Positions 20,614 through 37,846 of a stretch of 64,000 bases of DNA are shown here, in pieces (the first letter of the stretch is position 1; the number at the start of each line of letters is the position of its first letter). The stretch covers positions 597,290 through 661,289 of the forward strand of contig CAWFGE010000008.1 in NCBI GenBank assembly GCA_963815195.1, read 5' to 3'. The notes beneath the pieces were generated by a model, which worked only from the letters and a program-made list of their open reading frames with translations, was not told the origin of the DNA and did not search any database. This DNA comes from an uncultured Planctomycetaceae bacterium. Its GTDB lineage: Bacteria; Planctomycetota; Planctomycetia; Planctomycetales; Planctomycetaceae. Made by a program: the position numbers and the translations under genes.

Positions 20614-22641
20614 TCAGGGATTTTGTTTCTGAAACCGGGACCGCTCGTCGCTTGAAAGCTGTTGGAGACGAGGAACATCTTCCTGTAACACATAGCCGGC
20701 CTCAACCAGTCGAGCGATCTGCTCGGCAAATCGGCGTTGATAGGTTTCAAAATCGCCGTAGCGTTCCTGGAGGGACAAACGCGGATCGCCGGTTTGTCCC
20801 CGGGCTTCTTTGGTGAGGGGCAAAGGAAGATAGCCGCCGGTGAGGCTCAAGAGTTCCGTTTCGGCCCCAATCTCCCGTTTGCGGAGGTTCCAACTGGTAA
20901 AGGTCGCCAAGGGCACGGCCACGGTCGGCAAAAGCAAGCCACCCCGTTCGTTGTCGTCCTCCCCGTAGGCGGGGATTTTGACCACATACTGTCCTTGGAC
21001 CTGGGGCGGTTGAATGGTGATTTGACGCTTCGTCAGAAACCAGGGTCCCCGATCCACGAAATCCGGTTGATGGATCACCTCGGGATACCGCACGCCGGGC
21101 AGCGGCTTCCAGCCGCTCTCGGCACCCGGCCAAGGCACCAAGGTTCCCTCGGCGATTTGGGGATACACGCTCGCGGGGGGCGTTAAATCCTCACGGACCC
21201 AGCGATCGAGCGCCGCGAGCAAGGCCCGCAGCACGGGGCGATAGTCCGTCGGGTTCGACGGCAACTGACCGGAACCGCCTTCCGCAGGCCGGCCGCTGCC
21301 CGGCCCATGCTGCGCGCCGCCGATGGCATAGATGCGGACTTCGGGAGGAATCTTCGCATCCCGCCGGCCCAACGGATCGGTATGCACCAGCGACCCGGCC
21401 CGGTGCCAATATTCCGACGAGGTTTGAATGTGCATGATCTTCGGCACGACCCCGGCGGCTCTCGACCGGGTGAGAATCGCCTCGCGGCGTTTGGTAAACG
21501 GGTCGAGCTCCTCGCCGTAGGCAAAGGGAAACACATCGGCCGGGTAATCGTGGTTATCGTGCTGGGCGTTGTGCCGGGTCGGCGAGGCGAAGCGGTGATT
21601 GAAGAACCCCAATCCCCCGCCGGCGACGTGGGGCATCAATCCATCAAAGACCTTTCGGCCCCGTTCATCGGCATTGAACCCATCATAAAGAAACTGCCGC
21701 AGACAGCGCCCGCTCTGCGACACGCCAAACCCATACGCCCGCGGTGCGACGGAGCGGCCTTTGTGAGACAGCGGATTTCGTTCGCTGGTTTCCGCCTTCA
21801 GAAAACTGACCAGGTCGCGAATCCCCGCCAACCCCACGCCTTGGACAATCGGACCTTCGGCCTCGTAGATCAATTCATAGATGTAGCCGGAGCGAATCCC
21901 GCCGGAGAGTTCCAACTCGATCTTGGGCAGTGCCGAGCGGCGGCCCGCGGCCAGGGTAAATTCTTGATGAAGTTTCCACTGGGCGCGCGGAATCAAGACC
22001 CGCGGATCGCGTTCCCGCAAGCGCCAGGTCAATGTCGCCTGTTCGAGGCCGCGCGGAGTGGGCGGGTAGCTGCCCTGATTCGCAAAGTGGGCGATGTTCT
22101 GCCGCGTGACATTGGTATTGGACACAAATTCCGCGCGGACCAATCCGGTAATGGGCTTTCCGTGATCTGTCGCGATGGGGGCTTCGAGAAGCAATCGCTC
22201 GCCGCCCGGCAGCACTTCGGCGATCCAGCCGCTCCACACGATGACATAGCCCTGCCGCATTAAAAACCCGTCCGCTCCGCCGCCGTTGAACATCCCCAGA
22301 CAAACGCGGTTCCCCCGGTTGTTGACGTCATAGAGCAAAGCCCCGTTGGCTCGAGAGCGGTCCTTGGGGACGAGGACCTCCAGGTCGGCGGAGAATTCCA
22401 CAAGACCTTCCGCGTTTCGCGGGGCGAGTTCCAAATCCACGATCGTCCGATTGGCCTCGGCCAACGGATCGACCGCAAAATGCACGTTCCCGCGAACCCG
22501 CTCGTAGGCCCCGACATCCCCATACGCTTTCCCGCCTGCATACGGTTCGCGGCTGGTGATTTCGACACGGGTGACTTCCGCCAAAACCGCGGAGGGCCAC
22601 AGAATCAAGAGACCCAACGCCAAAATGCAAAAACAGCGCAT
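20614..22641 (-). CDS. Secreted alpha/beta-hydrolase-domain protein
   Basis: Signal peptide, YDVNNRG, GVSQSGR nucleophile-elbow motif, SSEYW. Confidence 0.8.
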   Translation of the reverse strand: MRCFCILALGLLILWPSAVLAEVTRVEITSREPYAGGKAYGDVGAYERVRGNVHFAVDPLAEANRTIVDLELAPRNAEGLVEFSADLEVLVPKDRSRANGALLYDVNNRGNRVCLGMFNGGGADGFLMRQGYVIVWSGWIAEVLPGGERLLLEAPIATDHGKPITGLVRAEFVSNTNVTRQNIAHFANQGSYPPTPRGLEQATLTWRLRERDPRVLIPRAQWKLHQEFTLAAGRRSALPKIELELSGGIRSGYIYELIYEAEGPIVQGVGLAGIRDLVSFLKAETSERNPLSHKGRSVAPRAYGFGVSQSGRCLRQFLYDGFNADERGRKVFDGLMPHVAGGGLGFFNHRFASPTRHNAQHDNHDYPADVFPFAYGEELDPFTKRREAILTRSRAAGVVPKIMHIQTSSEYWHRAGSLVHTDPLGRRDAKIPPEVRIYAIGGAQHGPGSGRPAEGGSGQLPSNPTDYRPVLRALLAALDRWVREDLTPPASVYPQIAEGTLVPWPGAESGWKPLPGVRYPEVIHQPDFVDRGPWFLTKRQITIQPPQVQGQYVVKIPAYGEDDNERGGLLLPTVAVPLATFTSWNLRKREIGAETELLSLTGGYLPLPLTKEARGQTGDPRLSLQERYGDFETYQRRFAEQIARLVEAGYVLQEDVPRLQQLSSDERSRFQKQNP

Positions 22642-22980
22642 GCGATCGACTCACTTCCCTAGGTTCGTCCGGTTCAATCAACGAACCCATTGTGCCCCTG
22701 CGCCTGCAAAAAGGAAACACCGCCGGCCCGCACATCTTGATCCCCTCCTGGTTTCCATCGGTGAGGACAAACTCTTCGCCCGCTCATGGTTCCGCGCAAA
22801 TTCGCAAGGTTGATCGCGGTTCGTGTGAGGAGCCGCCCGCGATGAGTGACGAACAGGCAACGGCCGACGCTTTGATTATCGGGTCAAAGTGCTCGCGGAA
22901 TACGGCTGGAACACAACACACGCGGACTGAGTTTTCTCATGATGGCATCTCAGTTTTTAAGCCGTGCAAAATGATTCGCC

Positions 22981-23604
22981 CTAAGACTCCAGCGCTTCCG
23001 ACATCAAGTCCGCAATTTGATGCTGGTTCTCGCCGCCCGACGTTTTCAGGGCCTGAATGACACGATCTCGCCGGGCGGGCTCGTGATTCTGATTCAGTTT
23101 CCATTTGCCCTCGATCCGGTCAATTTCCATTTCGAAGCCGACGATGCCGTCGATCAAGCCGCGGAGCATCGAAGGCTCGACTTGATCCAATGACCACGGA
23201 TGTTCTTGATGGGCTTCGTAGAATTCGACGTAACGGTGAAGGATTTGCAGCAGGCGGTGATGGTCGGTTTCCAGCCGCAATGTTCCATAAGCATGGACGG
23301 CGACATAATTCCACGTGGGCACGGTATTGGCGGCCGCGTACCACGTGGGCGAAATGTAGGCGTGTGGCCCGTGGAAGATTGCCAGCACGTTTTGACCCTC
23401 GGCATGCCGCCACTGCGGATTGGCTTTTGCCATGTGCCCCACGAGAGTGCCGTGCGAACCCTGCTCGCGGTTCAGCAGCAGCGGCAAATGGCTCGCCGCC
23501 GGCACCGATCCATCGAGAGAAACGAGCGTCGCGAAGCTGTGCTTCTCGATGACGTCGTGCATTCTCGCTTGGTCTGTTTCCGCAAAACTCGATGGAATAT
23601 ACAT
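22981..23604 (-). CDS. FMN-binding negative transcriptional regulator (PaiB family)
   Basis: ASHLP, GHMAKANPQW, GPHAYISPTWY, VPTWNY, KWKLNQN. Confidence 0.92.
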   Translation of the reverse strand: MYIPSSFAETDQARMHDVIEKHSFATLVSLDGSVPAASHLPLLLNREQGSHGTLVGHMAKANPQWRHAEGQNVLAIFHGPHAYISPTWYAAANTVPTWNYVAVHAYGTLRLETDHHRLLQILHRYVEFYEAHQEHPWSLDQVEPSMLRGLIDGIVGFEMEIDRIEGKWKLNQNHEPARRDRVIQALKTSGGENQHQIADLMSEALES

Positions 23605-23649
23605 GGAAACTCGGCACTCGGTGATTCTCAAAGATGGTAACCACTTTTC

Positions 23650-25368
23650 TCAAGTGGCCGCATAGGTTTCCGCGTAGGCTTTGAGGGTTTCATCGCCTTG
23701 CCGATGGCAGAAGTCGCCGAAGGATTCGCCCGGTTCCCGTTCGGTCCGATAAAACGCGAACAGCGGGTCCAGCGTCTCGCCAAGTTCTTCGAGCGGGACC
23801 ATGTCTTCATACAGAAACGCGAGCCGGGTGCCTTCCGCGTTGCCGCCCAGGTACAGCGTATACTTTCCGCGGGCTTTGCCGACGAGACCGATGTCCGGCG
23901 TGTAAGGCCGGGCGCAGCCGTTGGGGCAGCCGGTCATGTGGATCGCCAAGCGTTCGCCCGCGAGTCCGTGCTGCTCCATCGCGGCTTCGATTTGATCGAC
24001 CGCCTGAGGCATCACGCGTTCCGATTCGGTCACCGCCAGCCCGCAGGTGGGAAGCGCGGGGCAGGCCATCGAATACCGGCGGGCCAACGTGAGTTCCTCC
24101 GCGGACTTCACGCCGTGCTTCCGCAGAATGTCATCGATGTCCTGGCGGTCTGCGGGAGCGATATTGCAGAGGATCACCGCTTGCCGGGCGGTCAGGCGGG
24201 TTTCCATGCGGTATTTTTCGAGAATGGTCCGCAGCGCGGTTTTCAACCTGAGGTCGCCTTCATCTTTGATGCGGCCGTTCTCCACGTTGATCCCCAAGAA
24301 CCATTGGCCGTCACCCTGCTCGTGCCAGCCGATGTGGTCGTCGGTGTCGGTGACATCCGTGGGATGCGGATCTTGAAGCGTTTGGCCGTAGTATTCCTCG
24401 ACCTTGGCTTTGAACTTTTCGATGCCCCAGTTGGCGATGAGGTATTTGAGCCGGGCGACTTTGCGGTCGTCCCGGTTGCCGAAGTCCCGCTGCACTTTGA
24501 CGATGGCCTCGGCCACGTCCACCACCTGATCCGGCCGGACGAACGCCATCCGCTTCGCCACGGCGGGGAAGGTTTTCTTGAGCGCGGGCGTCATGCCCAT
24601 CCCGCCGCCCACGAGGACATTGTAGCCGATGATCTCGTCGTTCTCGACAATCGCCAGAAAGCCCAGGTCGTTGGAATACAACTCGACGCAGTTGTCGTGC
24701 GGGAAGGCGAAGGCGGTTTTGAATTTTCGCGGCAGATACCGCTCGCCGTAGATCGGCTCCTCGACCGGCTTGAACTCGGTCACGTCGGTTTTTTCGCCGG
24801 CCTCGTCTTCCAGCCAGATTTCGTAATAGCCCGTCGTCTTGGGCTTGAGAAGTTCCGCCACGCGGTCGGCCATCGCTTGCAGCACATCGTGGACTTTGCT
24901 GTTTTTGTACGGAGCCGGGCAGCACATCACGTTTCGCGTCACATCGCCGCACGCCGCCAGGGTGGTCAGCTTACTGTGATTGATGGCCTGGATGGTTTCC
25001 TTCAGATTGTTGCGCAGGACGCCGTGGAGTTGAAACCCCTGCCGGGTGGTGATCCGCACGGTGCCGTTGCCGAACTGATCGCCGAGATCCAACTCGGCCA
25101 GAAATTGCTCGGCCGACACTTTGCCGCCGGGAATTCGCGTGCGGACCATAAACATATACGATTTGCCGAGCGGGTTGCCGTCCTCATCTTTGAGGTTCCG
25201 CAGCTCGCGGTCGTCCTGCTGATAGGAGCCGTGATGCTTGAGGACTTTGGCGGCCTCGCCGGAAAAATGGTCGGCGTCGTTGCCCAACTCCTCGGCGATG
25301 GTGCCCCGCAACTGGCGGCTGTTGGCTTTCAGCAATTCGTTTTTGGTGAGTTTTGGCTCATCGGCCAT
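23650..25368 (-). CDS. cysI: Assimilatory sulfite reductase hemoprotein subunit (siroheme)
   Basis: HGSYQQDDR, RITTRQ, YLPRKFK, CPALPTC, TGCPNGCAR. Confidence 0.92.
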   Translation of the reverse strand: MADEPKLTKNELLKANSRQLRGTIAEELGNDADHFSGEAAKVLKHHGSYQQDDRELRNLKDEDGNPLGKSYMFMVRTRIPGGKVSAEQFLAELDLGDQFGNGTVRITTRQGFQLHGVLRNNLKETIQAINHSKLTTLAACGDVTRNVMCCPAPYKNSKVHDVLQAMADRVAELLKPKTTGYYEIWLEDEAGEKTDVTEFKPVEEPIYGERYLPRKFKTAFAFPHDNCVELYSNDLGFLAIVENDEIIGYNVLVGGGMGMTPALKKTFPAVAKRMAFVRPDQVVDVAEAIVKVQRDFGNRDDRKVARLKYLIANWGIEKFKAKVEEYYGQTLQDPHPTDVTDTDDHIGWHEQGDGQWFLGINVENGRIKDEGDLRLKTALRTILEKYRMETRLTARQAVILCNIAPADRQDIDDILRKHGVKSAEELTLARRYSMACPALPTCGLAVTESERVMPQAVDQIEAAMEQHGLAGERLAIHMTGCPNGCARPYTPDIGLVGKARGKYTLYLGGNAEGTRLAFLYEDMVPLEELGETLDPLFAFYRTEREPGESFGDFCHRQGDETLKAYAETYAAT

Positions 25369-25563
25369 GCGTAAAACTCCGTTGCCGGGAAACATGCGTT
25401 TCCCATTCTGAAATGATCGGTTGTCGAGAATCTTCCCCGGTTCGGCCGGGTGTGGTCGAACCCTCCTTAAGGATTGGAGTATAATCGGCCATCCCGGTTC
25501 AGGGCCAGAGCAGACAAATCCAGGATTTTATTCGAACAAATATGAGTGGAAGGGCGCAGGATT

Positions 25564-25941
25564 TGTAAGCGGAAGGGCGCTAGCCCCCGGCCGATTGAGT
25601 GAAAACTTCGCGATTACAAGGCCGGCGGCTAGCGCCGTTCCGCTCATGAATCCCTAAAATGTAAGCGGAAGGGCGCTAGCCCCCGGCCGATTGAGTGAAA
25701 ACTTCGCGATTACAAGGCCGGCGGCCAGCGCCGTTCCGCTCATGAATCCCTAAAATGTGAGCGGAAGGGCGCTAGCCCCCGGCCGATTGAGTGAAAACTT
25801 CGCGATTACAAGGCCGGCGGCTAGCGCCGTTCCGCTCATGAATCCCTAAAATGTGAGCGGAAGGGCGCTAGCCCCCGGCCCATTGAGTGAAAACTTCGCG
25901 ATTACAAGGCCGGCGGCCAGCGCCGTTCCGCTCATGAATCC
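25564..25941. repeat. Tandem array of about four 96-bp units, each an inverted REP doublet
   Basis: Units start at 25564, 25660, 25756, 25852; arms GCGGAAGGGCGCTAGCCCCCGGCC / GGCCGGCGGCTAGCGCCGTTCCGC; only 1-3 SNPs between units. Confidence 0.95.
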
Positions 25942-25979
25942 TTCAAGTTCAATGGACAAAAGTCAAGAGCGGAGGCGTT

Positions 25980-27132
25980 GTGGCGGCGACAATTATCGAC
26001 GGCAAACAGGTGGCGGCACGCGTTCGGGGCGAGATCCGTCAGGAAGCCGAGGCATTCACGCGCGATACCGGCGTGGTGCCACACTTGGCGGCGATTCTGG
26101 TGGGCGACGACCCGGCGAGCGCGATCTATGTCCGCAACAAACAAAAAGCCTGCGAGCAATCGGGCCTCAAAAGCAGCCTGCACAAATTGCCCGTCAAGAC
26201 CAGCCAGACCGAGCTTTTGGACCGGATCGCCCAATGCAACACCGACCCGTCGATCCATGGGATTTTAGTGCAACTGCCGCTGCCGGAGCACATCCACGAA
26301 TTGGCGATTTTGGATGCGGTCTCGCCTGTTAAAGACGTGGACGCGTTTCATCCGCAGAACGTCGGCTTGATCGTGCAAGGCCGGCCGCGGTTTCTGCCCT
26401 GCACGCCGCGCGGCATTCAGGAACTCTTGAAGTCCGCGGGAGTGGAAACCGCCGGGGCCCACGCCGTGATCTTGGGCCGCAGCGAAATCGTCGGCAAACC
26501 GATGGCGCTGCTCCTCATGCAGCGCGGCGAGACCGCCAATGCGACCGTGACCGTCTGCCACAGCCGCACCCGCGACCTGGCGGAGATCACCCGCACGGCG
26601 GACATTCTCATCGCCGCCATCGGTCGGGCCAGGTTCATCACCGCCGACATGGTCAAGCCCGGCGCCGTCGTGATTGACGTGGGCACGAACCGCGTGGACG
26701 GCAAACTCGTAGGCGACGTGGATTTTGAACCGGTGTCCCAAATCGCCTCGGCCATCACGCCCGTCCCCGGCGGCGTCGGCCCGATGACGATCGCCATGCT
26801 GCTGAAAAACACCCTGACCGCCGCGAGGCTTTCGGCAAAGCGCGTCGCCCAACCGGAATCGGCGGAACTCTTTTTTCTCAACGACGACGAAGGTTATGCG
26901 GATTGGACGCGCCCATCCGTTGGGGTTCGTGATCAACTCGTTTCCCGTGCCGTCCCCGGACTATCTCGTGTTGCACAAAGCGGATTGCAGGACCATTAAC
27001 GAGGGCATCGACGAGACGAGCCGGCGAACGTCCTATCGGAAAACATGCTTTGAAGATCGGAAAGACGCGGTGGCCTGGGCCGAGCAAAATTGGCCGGGCA
27101 ATTTAATTATCTGCAGCCGATGCAAACCTTAG
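25980..27132 (+). CDS. folD: Bifunctional methylene-THF dehydrogenase/cyclohydrolase with C-terminal extension (frameshift about 26910)
   Basis: YVRNKQKAC, GILVQLPLP, KDVDAFHP, GRSEIVGKP, DVGTNR, TPVPGGVGPMTIAML; FolD core ends about 26845 with no stop. Confidence 0.92.
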
Positions 27133-27161
27133 TGCCCCGAAGTCAAATTCCGGAGACGAAA

Positions 27162-28220
27162 ATGATGCGCCCGCTCATCCATTCCCTGCGCTATTTCCTG
27201 CCCGTCCTCATCTTGGCGTCGGCAACCGCAACTCGCGCGGAGCAAGAAACGTTCGTCCCAGTCCCCGAAAGCGGGCGGGCTGAGTTTGTGCCCACGAAAG
27301 CGGAATCAACGGTGCCCCAGCGCTATCGGCAGGCGAAACAGGAGTTCCCCTTCGAGACGGAATACGAACGCAGCAGCGGCCCCGTGCGGATCTATAAGGT
27401 GCGGTTTCCTTCGCCGATCAAAACCGAGATCGAAATCAACAACACCGTGCACGCCCAGTATTTTCAACCCGAGGGCCAAGGGCCGTTCCCGGGCGTTGTC
27501 GTGCTGCATATTCTGGGCGGGGATTTTCCGCTGTCGCAGATGATCGCCAACGGCCTCGCGCGGCGGGGCGTGGCGGCTTTGTTCGTCAAGATGCCCTACT
27601 ACGGCGAACGCCGGCCGAAAACGCCCCGGCGGCGAATGCTCTCGCCCAATCTCGACGAGACCGTCGCCGGCATGACGCAGGCGGTTTTGGACATCCGCCG
27701 GGCCGCGACCTGGCTGGAAGATCGCCCGGAAGTCAACGGGGAGGACATGGGCGTGATGGGCATCAGCCTGGGCGGGATCATGTCGGGCCTGTCCGCCGCC
27801 GCCGAGCCTCGCTTCAAGAAGGTGGCGATGTACTTGGCGGGCGGGAACCTGCACGCCGCGATCTGGGACAGCGGGCTTTCCGAATTGAAAGATCATCGGG
27901 CTCAGTGGAAAGCCGCCGGCGAGACCCGCGAAACGTTCATCAAGAAGATGGCCGAGGTCGATCCAATCACCTTTGCCGACTGCCTGAAGAACCGCGATGT
28001 ATTGATGGTCAATGCGAAAAACGACGAGGTGATCCCCCGCGAATGCACCGTCGCGTTGTGGAAAAAAATCGGCACCGCCCGCGAGATTGTCTGGCTCGAC
28101 GCGGGGCATTATTCGGCGGCGTGGTACATCGTCGGCGAAATGGAACGCCTGGGGCGGTTCTTTCAACCGAACGCGCGAAAAGATCGGGAGAAGGGGAGAA
28201 CGGGAGACGGAGAGAACTGA
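27162..28220 (+). CDS. Secreted alpha/beta hydrolase
   Basis: Signal peptide, GISLGG nucleophile, DEVIP, AGHY. Confidence 0.88.
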   Translation: MMRPLIHSLRYFLPVLILASATATRAEQETFVPVPESGRAEFVPTKAESTVPQRYRQAKQEFPFETEYERSSGPVRIYKVRFPSPIKTEIEINNTVHAQYFQPEGQGPFPGVVVLHILGGDFPLSQMIANGLARRGVAALFVKMPYYGERRPKTPRRRMLSPNLDETVAGMTQAVLDIRRAATWLEDRPEVNGEDMGVMGISLGGIMSGLSAAAEPRFKKVAMYLAGGNLHAAIWDSGLSELKDHRAQWKAAGETRETFIKKMAEVDPITFADCLKNRDVLMVNAKNDEVIPRECTVALWKKIGTAREIVWLDAGHYSAAWYIVGEMERLGRFFQPNARKDREKGRTGDGEN

Positions 28221-28293
28221 TTTCCCGTCAACGGACATCGGGGATGCGATCACTCGAAGGGCACGGAAATCCGCGTGACGGTGGAAATTCCTC

Positions 28294-28520
28294 AGCCGCG
28301 TCGCGGCGACAGCATATCGCTGCGGGCGTAAGCCCGCAGAATGTCTCAAAATAGATATGAAGCCGCGAAGCGGCGATAGCAACGGATTGATAGGGACTTG
28401 CGATCTGCTTCAATGCAACTCGTGACAAAATCGCTGTCGCCGCTTCGCGGCTCTCGACACTTTTTTTGCTCAGTTCCTTGGGCTTACGCCCAAGGCTATA
28501 TGCTGCCGCCGCTACGCGGC
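28294..28520. repeat. Composite palindromic REP-like element
   Basis: AGCCGCG(T/A)(C/A)GCGGCGA and GGGCGTAAGCCC units on the left, mirrored by TCGCCGCTTCGCGGCT and GGGCTTACGCCC on the right. Confidence 0.8.
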
Positions 28521-28732
28521 GAAGACAAGAGCCGAATTCCACCGATCCATTTATCCGAAGCCAATCTAAGCTTAGAATCCTGACTCTTGGCTTTGGAATC
28601 CGCTCGCAAATACCTGCCAGGCCGTGTATAAGGTAGTGTTCCCTTCATGCGAGGAGATCGAACGATCCGAGCGCAAATTGCATCGATCACACAGAGAAAA
28701 CGGTTGGCGGGAAGGCGTTTGAGGTCGGACAT

Positions 28733-31954
<3,222 letters not shown>

Positions 31955-32155
31955 CCGGGTTTTGCTATGAAGACGGCAGCCCCGTTTGAGTAATCCGCTC
32001 CCACCCGATAAGGTTGAGGTTACGCCCAAGACGAACCCGCTGCCCGGGATCGTTGTCCAATTTGGAGGTTTTTCGGGCTGAGTCAGACGGACCACCATCC
32101 TTTCATGGCATTTCAGTTCAGCCGAATATCGAAACCAAGACAGAAGTGATAAGAC

Positions 32156-35844
<3,689 letters not shown>

Positions 35845-35853
35845 GATTCCGAA

Positions 35854-35922
35854 GTAGGGTCCCCCTGTGTGGACCATTTAGCGATGGGTTAAACGTCGTT
35901 TCGGTCCGCACAGGGAGACTAC
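35854..35922. repeat. GTAG-type REP-like inverted pair
   Basis: GTAGGGTCCCCCTGTGTGGACC ... GGTCCGCACAGGGAGACTAC. Confidence 0.65.
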
Positions 35923-35953
35923 CAACTGCTGAATGGGGCGTGGTTGAAGTGGA

Positions 35954-36193
35954 TTACGGTGATTCTGGATTTTTTCCGAGAGATGGTTGGCTAGTCTCCA
36001 TCGCCATGCGCCGTTCTTTGCGTTCCTTGCTTTGACGAATCGAACCGTAAACAAATACACCCGCCAATGCGACGACTGTTGCCGCAGCAAAGAGGCCGGC
36101 GGTCCGGAAACCCACTTCAAAAGTGGAGTCCCCAAGTTTGATCCCTCTATAATAAGGGGGTTCTTTGCACCACAAGCCGAGAATCCGAGCCAA
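35954..36193 (-). CDS. Small single-TM hypothetical protein (start uncertain)
   Basis: Hydrophobic helix followed by a basic stretch (RQSKERKERR). Confidence 0.4.
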   Translation of the reverse strand: MARILGLWCKEPPYYRGIKLGDSTFEVGFRTAGLFAAATVVALAGVFVYGSIRQSKERKERRMAMETSQPSLGKNPESP

Positions 36194-36437
36194 GTCCCCG
36201 TGACAAAAGCGGTTAGGACCGTTCGAGAAAAACCTGTCCGATCATCAGCCGGAACGCGCTCGCGTCCGGTTCTCCGTGAACCGGGGCTCGCAAGCGCCCT
36301 GCGGCTAATAACTGCGACAATTATTTATCGAGCGATCCTTACGGGTGGCAGAGACTTCGTAAGGGATCGCTTTGCGGCGGCCACGGTCGTCATAGCCGCC
36401 GAAATCTGCTTCGAAGGCGGATTGGTCTCTTGGTCCG

Positions 36438-36611
36438 CTAAGTGAGGGCGTCGCGGACGAGTTCGAACTTTGTGTTGGCGTTGGTTCCGAGCCCTTGAAT
36501 GGCGACCAGGCAGACGGTCACGATGAATGCCAGCATCACGGCGTATTCCACGGCCGTCGGACCCTCTTCGGAGGCCAGGAAGCGTTTCATGCTCTCGAGA
36601 CAATTTCTCAT
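36438..36611 (-). CDS. Flp family type IVb pilin
   Basis: FLASEEG|PTAVEYAVML prepilin cleavage and Flp motif; 57 aa. Confidence 0.93.
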   Translation of the reverse strand: MRNCLESMKRFLASEEGPTAVEYAVMLAFIVTVCLVAIQGLGTNANTKFELVRDALT

Positions 36612-36775
36612 CGTTTCACCCTCTCGTAATCTTAAAGTGGAGAAGTGGTGAATCCGCTGGCCCTCCGGATTCCCCATCAGTTTTTTAGAGCGTCTCGAAT
36701 CGAGCCTAGATCACATTGGCGAGGGTTCACGAAAGCGAGTCCGGGCTGTTCGGCAACAATCGTTTCGGGCGTCTT

Positions 36776-36991
36776 TTACGGTTCGCAGTGCGGACAAGTC
36801 CATCGCCCGGTCGACGAGATTCGTTGAATCCAGACCATGGCCATCAGGGAGGCGGTCATGGGCGTGGCCGCGCCAGCAGCAATCAGGCTGATCGTGAGGG
36901 CGGAATACAGAGCGTGGGAGGGTTCCCGCCAATGCCGCACGACCTTGCAATGACAGTTGGGACAAAAATCGATTTGACGTTCGATGGGCAT
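36776..36991 (-). CDS. Small CxxC-hydrophobic-CxxC protein (LITAF-like zinc ribbon)
   Basis: FCPNC ... hydrophobic hairpin ... WTCPHC; AAGG upstream. Confidence 0.6.
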   Translation of the reverse strand: MPIERQIDFCPNCHCKVVRHWREPSHALYSALTISLIAAGAATPMTASLMAMVWIQRISSTGRWTCPHCEP

Positions 36992-37264
36992 TTTGACCTT
37001 CTTACTTGAACGAGCTCACGAAAGCTGAGGACGCATCCAAGACCGTTTCGATGCGCTTCCAGCTTTAAAACTACGTCAGGAACTCGTTTCCGGGCTTCTT
37101 TTCGCCATGATTTGCACGGCGAATGCCATTTACGCCCCGGCGGACGACCGATTGTGCGCGGGTTCAGGAATCTCCCCAGCAGCGATCCGAGCGTTTTGGC
37201 TTTCGAAAAATGCGGGAATGCCTTGGGTGCAGCCCAGTGCAGCCGACGGGCGAAATCGATGGAA

Positions 37265-37480
37265 TCAGGCGTTTCGCCGCGCCACCATCTCGACGTGCGC
37301 GGACCCGCTGGCCGGCGGATCGGTCACCAGATCGCTCGCGGCCACGTGCCGCTCCGGTGATTTGAGCAAGAGCCGGGCCACGGCCCCGAGCACGCTGCCG
37401 GATTCCGCCTTCTCCCCCGGGGCATCCGCCCACCACGCCGACCAATTCGATGAGGAATCTTTCTCGACGATAATCCGCAT
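37265..37480 (-). CDS. Small hypothetical protein
   Basis: MRIIVEKDSSSNWSAWWAD... plausible 71-aa globular ORF. Confidence 0.45.
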   Translation of the reverse strand: MRIIVEKDSSSNWSAWWADAPGEKAESGSVLGAVARLLLKSPERHVAASDLVTDPPASGSAHVEMVARRNA

Positions 37481-37846
37481 GGGGAGGGCCTCGCTCAACG
37501 GTAGAGAGGAACGCATTTTCCGGATCAAAGCAGGTTGTCCAGCGAGGTTCAAACCCGCACCCGGGAGTCCCCGCAATCTTATGGTCGGAAAAGCCGCGGG
37601 CAACCGGGCAGGAATTCCCGGGGTTCCATAAAAAAGCCGACGGTTCCGAAAAACCGCCGGCGAAACAATCAAAAGGTCGATTCGGTCCCGTGCCGGCACC
37701 CCGTCTTTTCGAGAAAGTTTGGTACTCAACGGGTGAATTATTTCGTACACTCATTGAGAAGTCTCGATGTTGCCTCAACGCTGGAAGATTCCCTAGTGTT
37801 CTTCGCGCGGATCCTGCAAATGCCCTCAATAAACTGGCGCGAAATA

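Noticed and set aside
25564..25941. CRISPR array
   Set aside because: The would-be spacers are essentially identical, the period is 96 bp and no cas genes are present
31955..32155. SAM, SAH or cobalamin riboswitch upstream of metH
   Set aside because: No recognisable consensus elements
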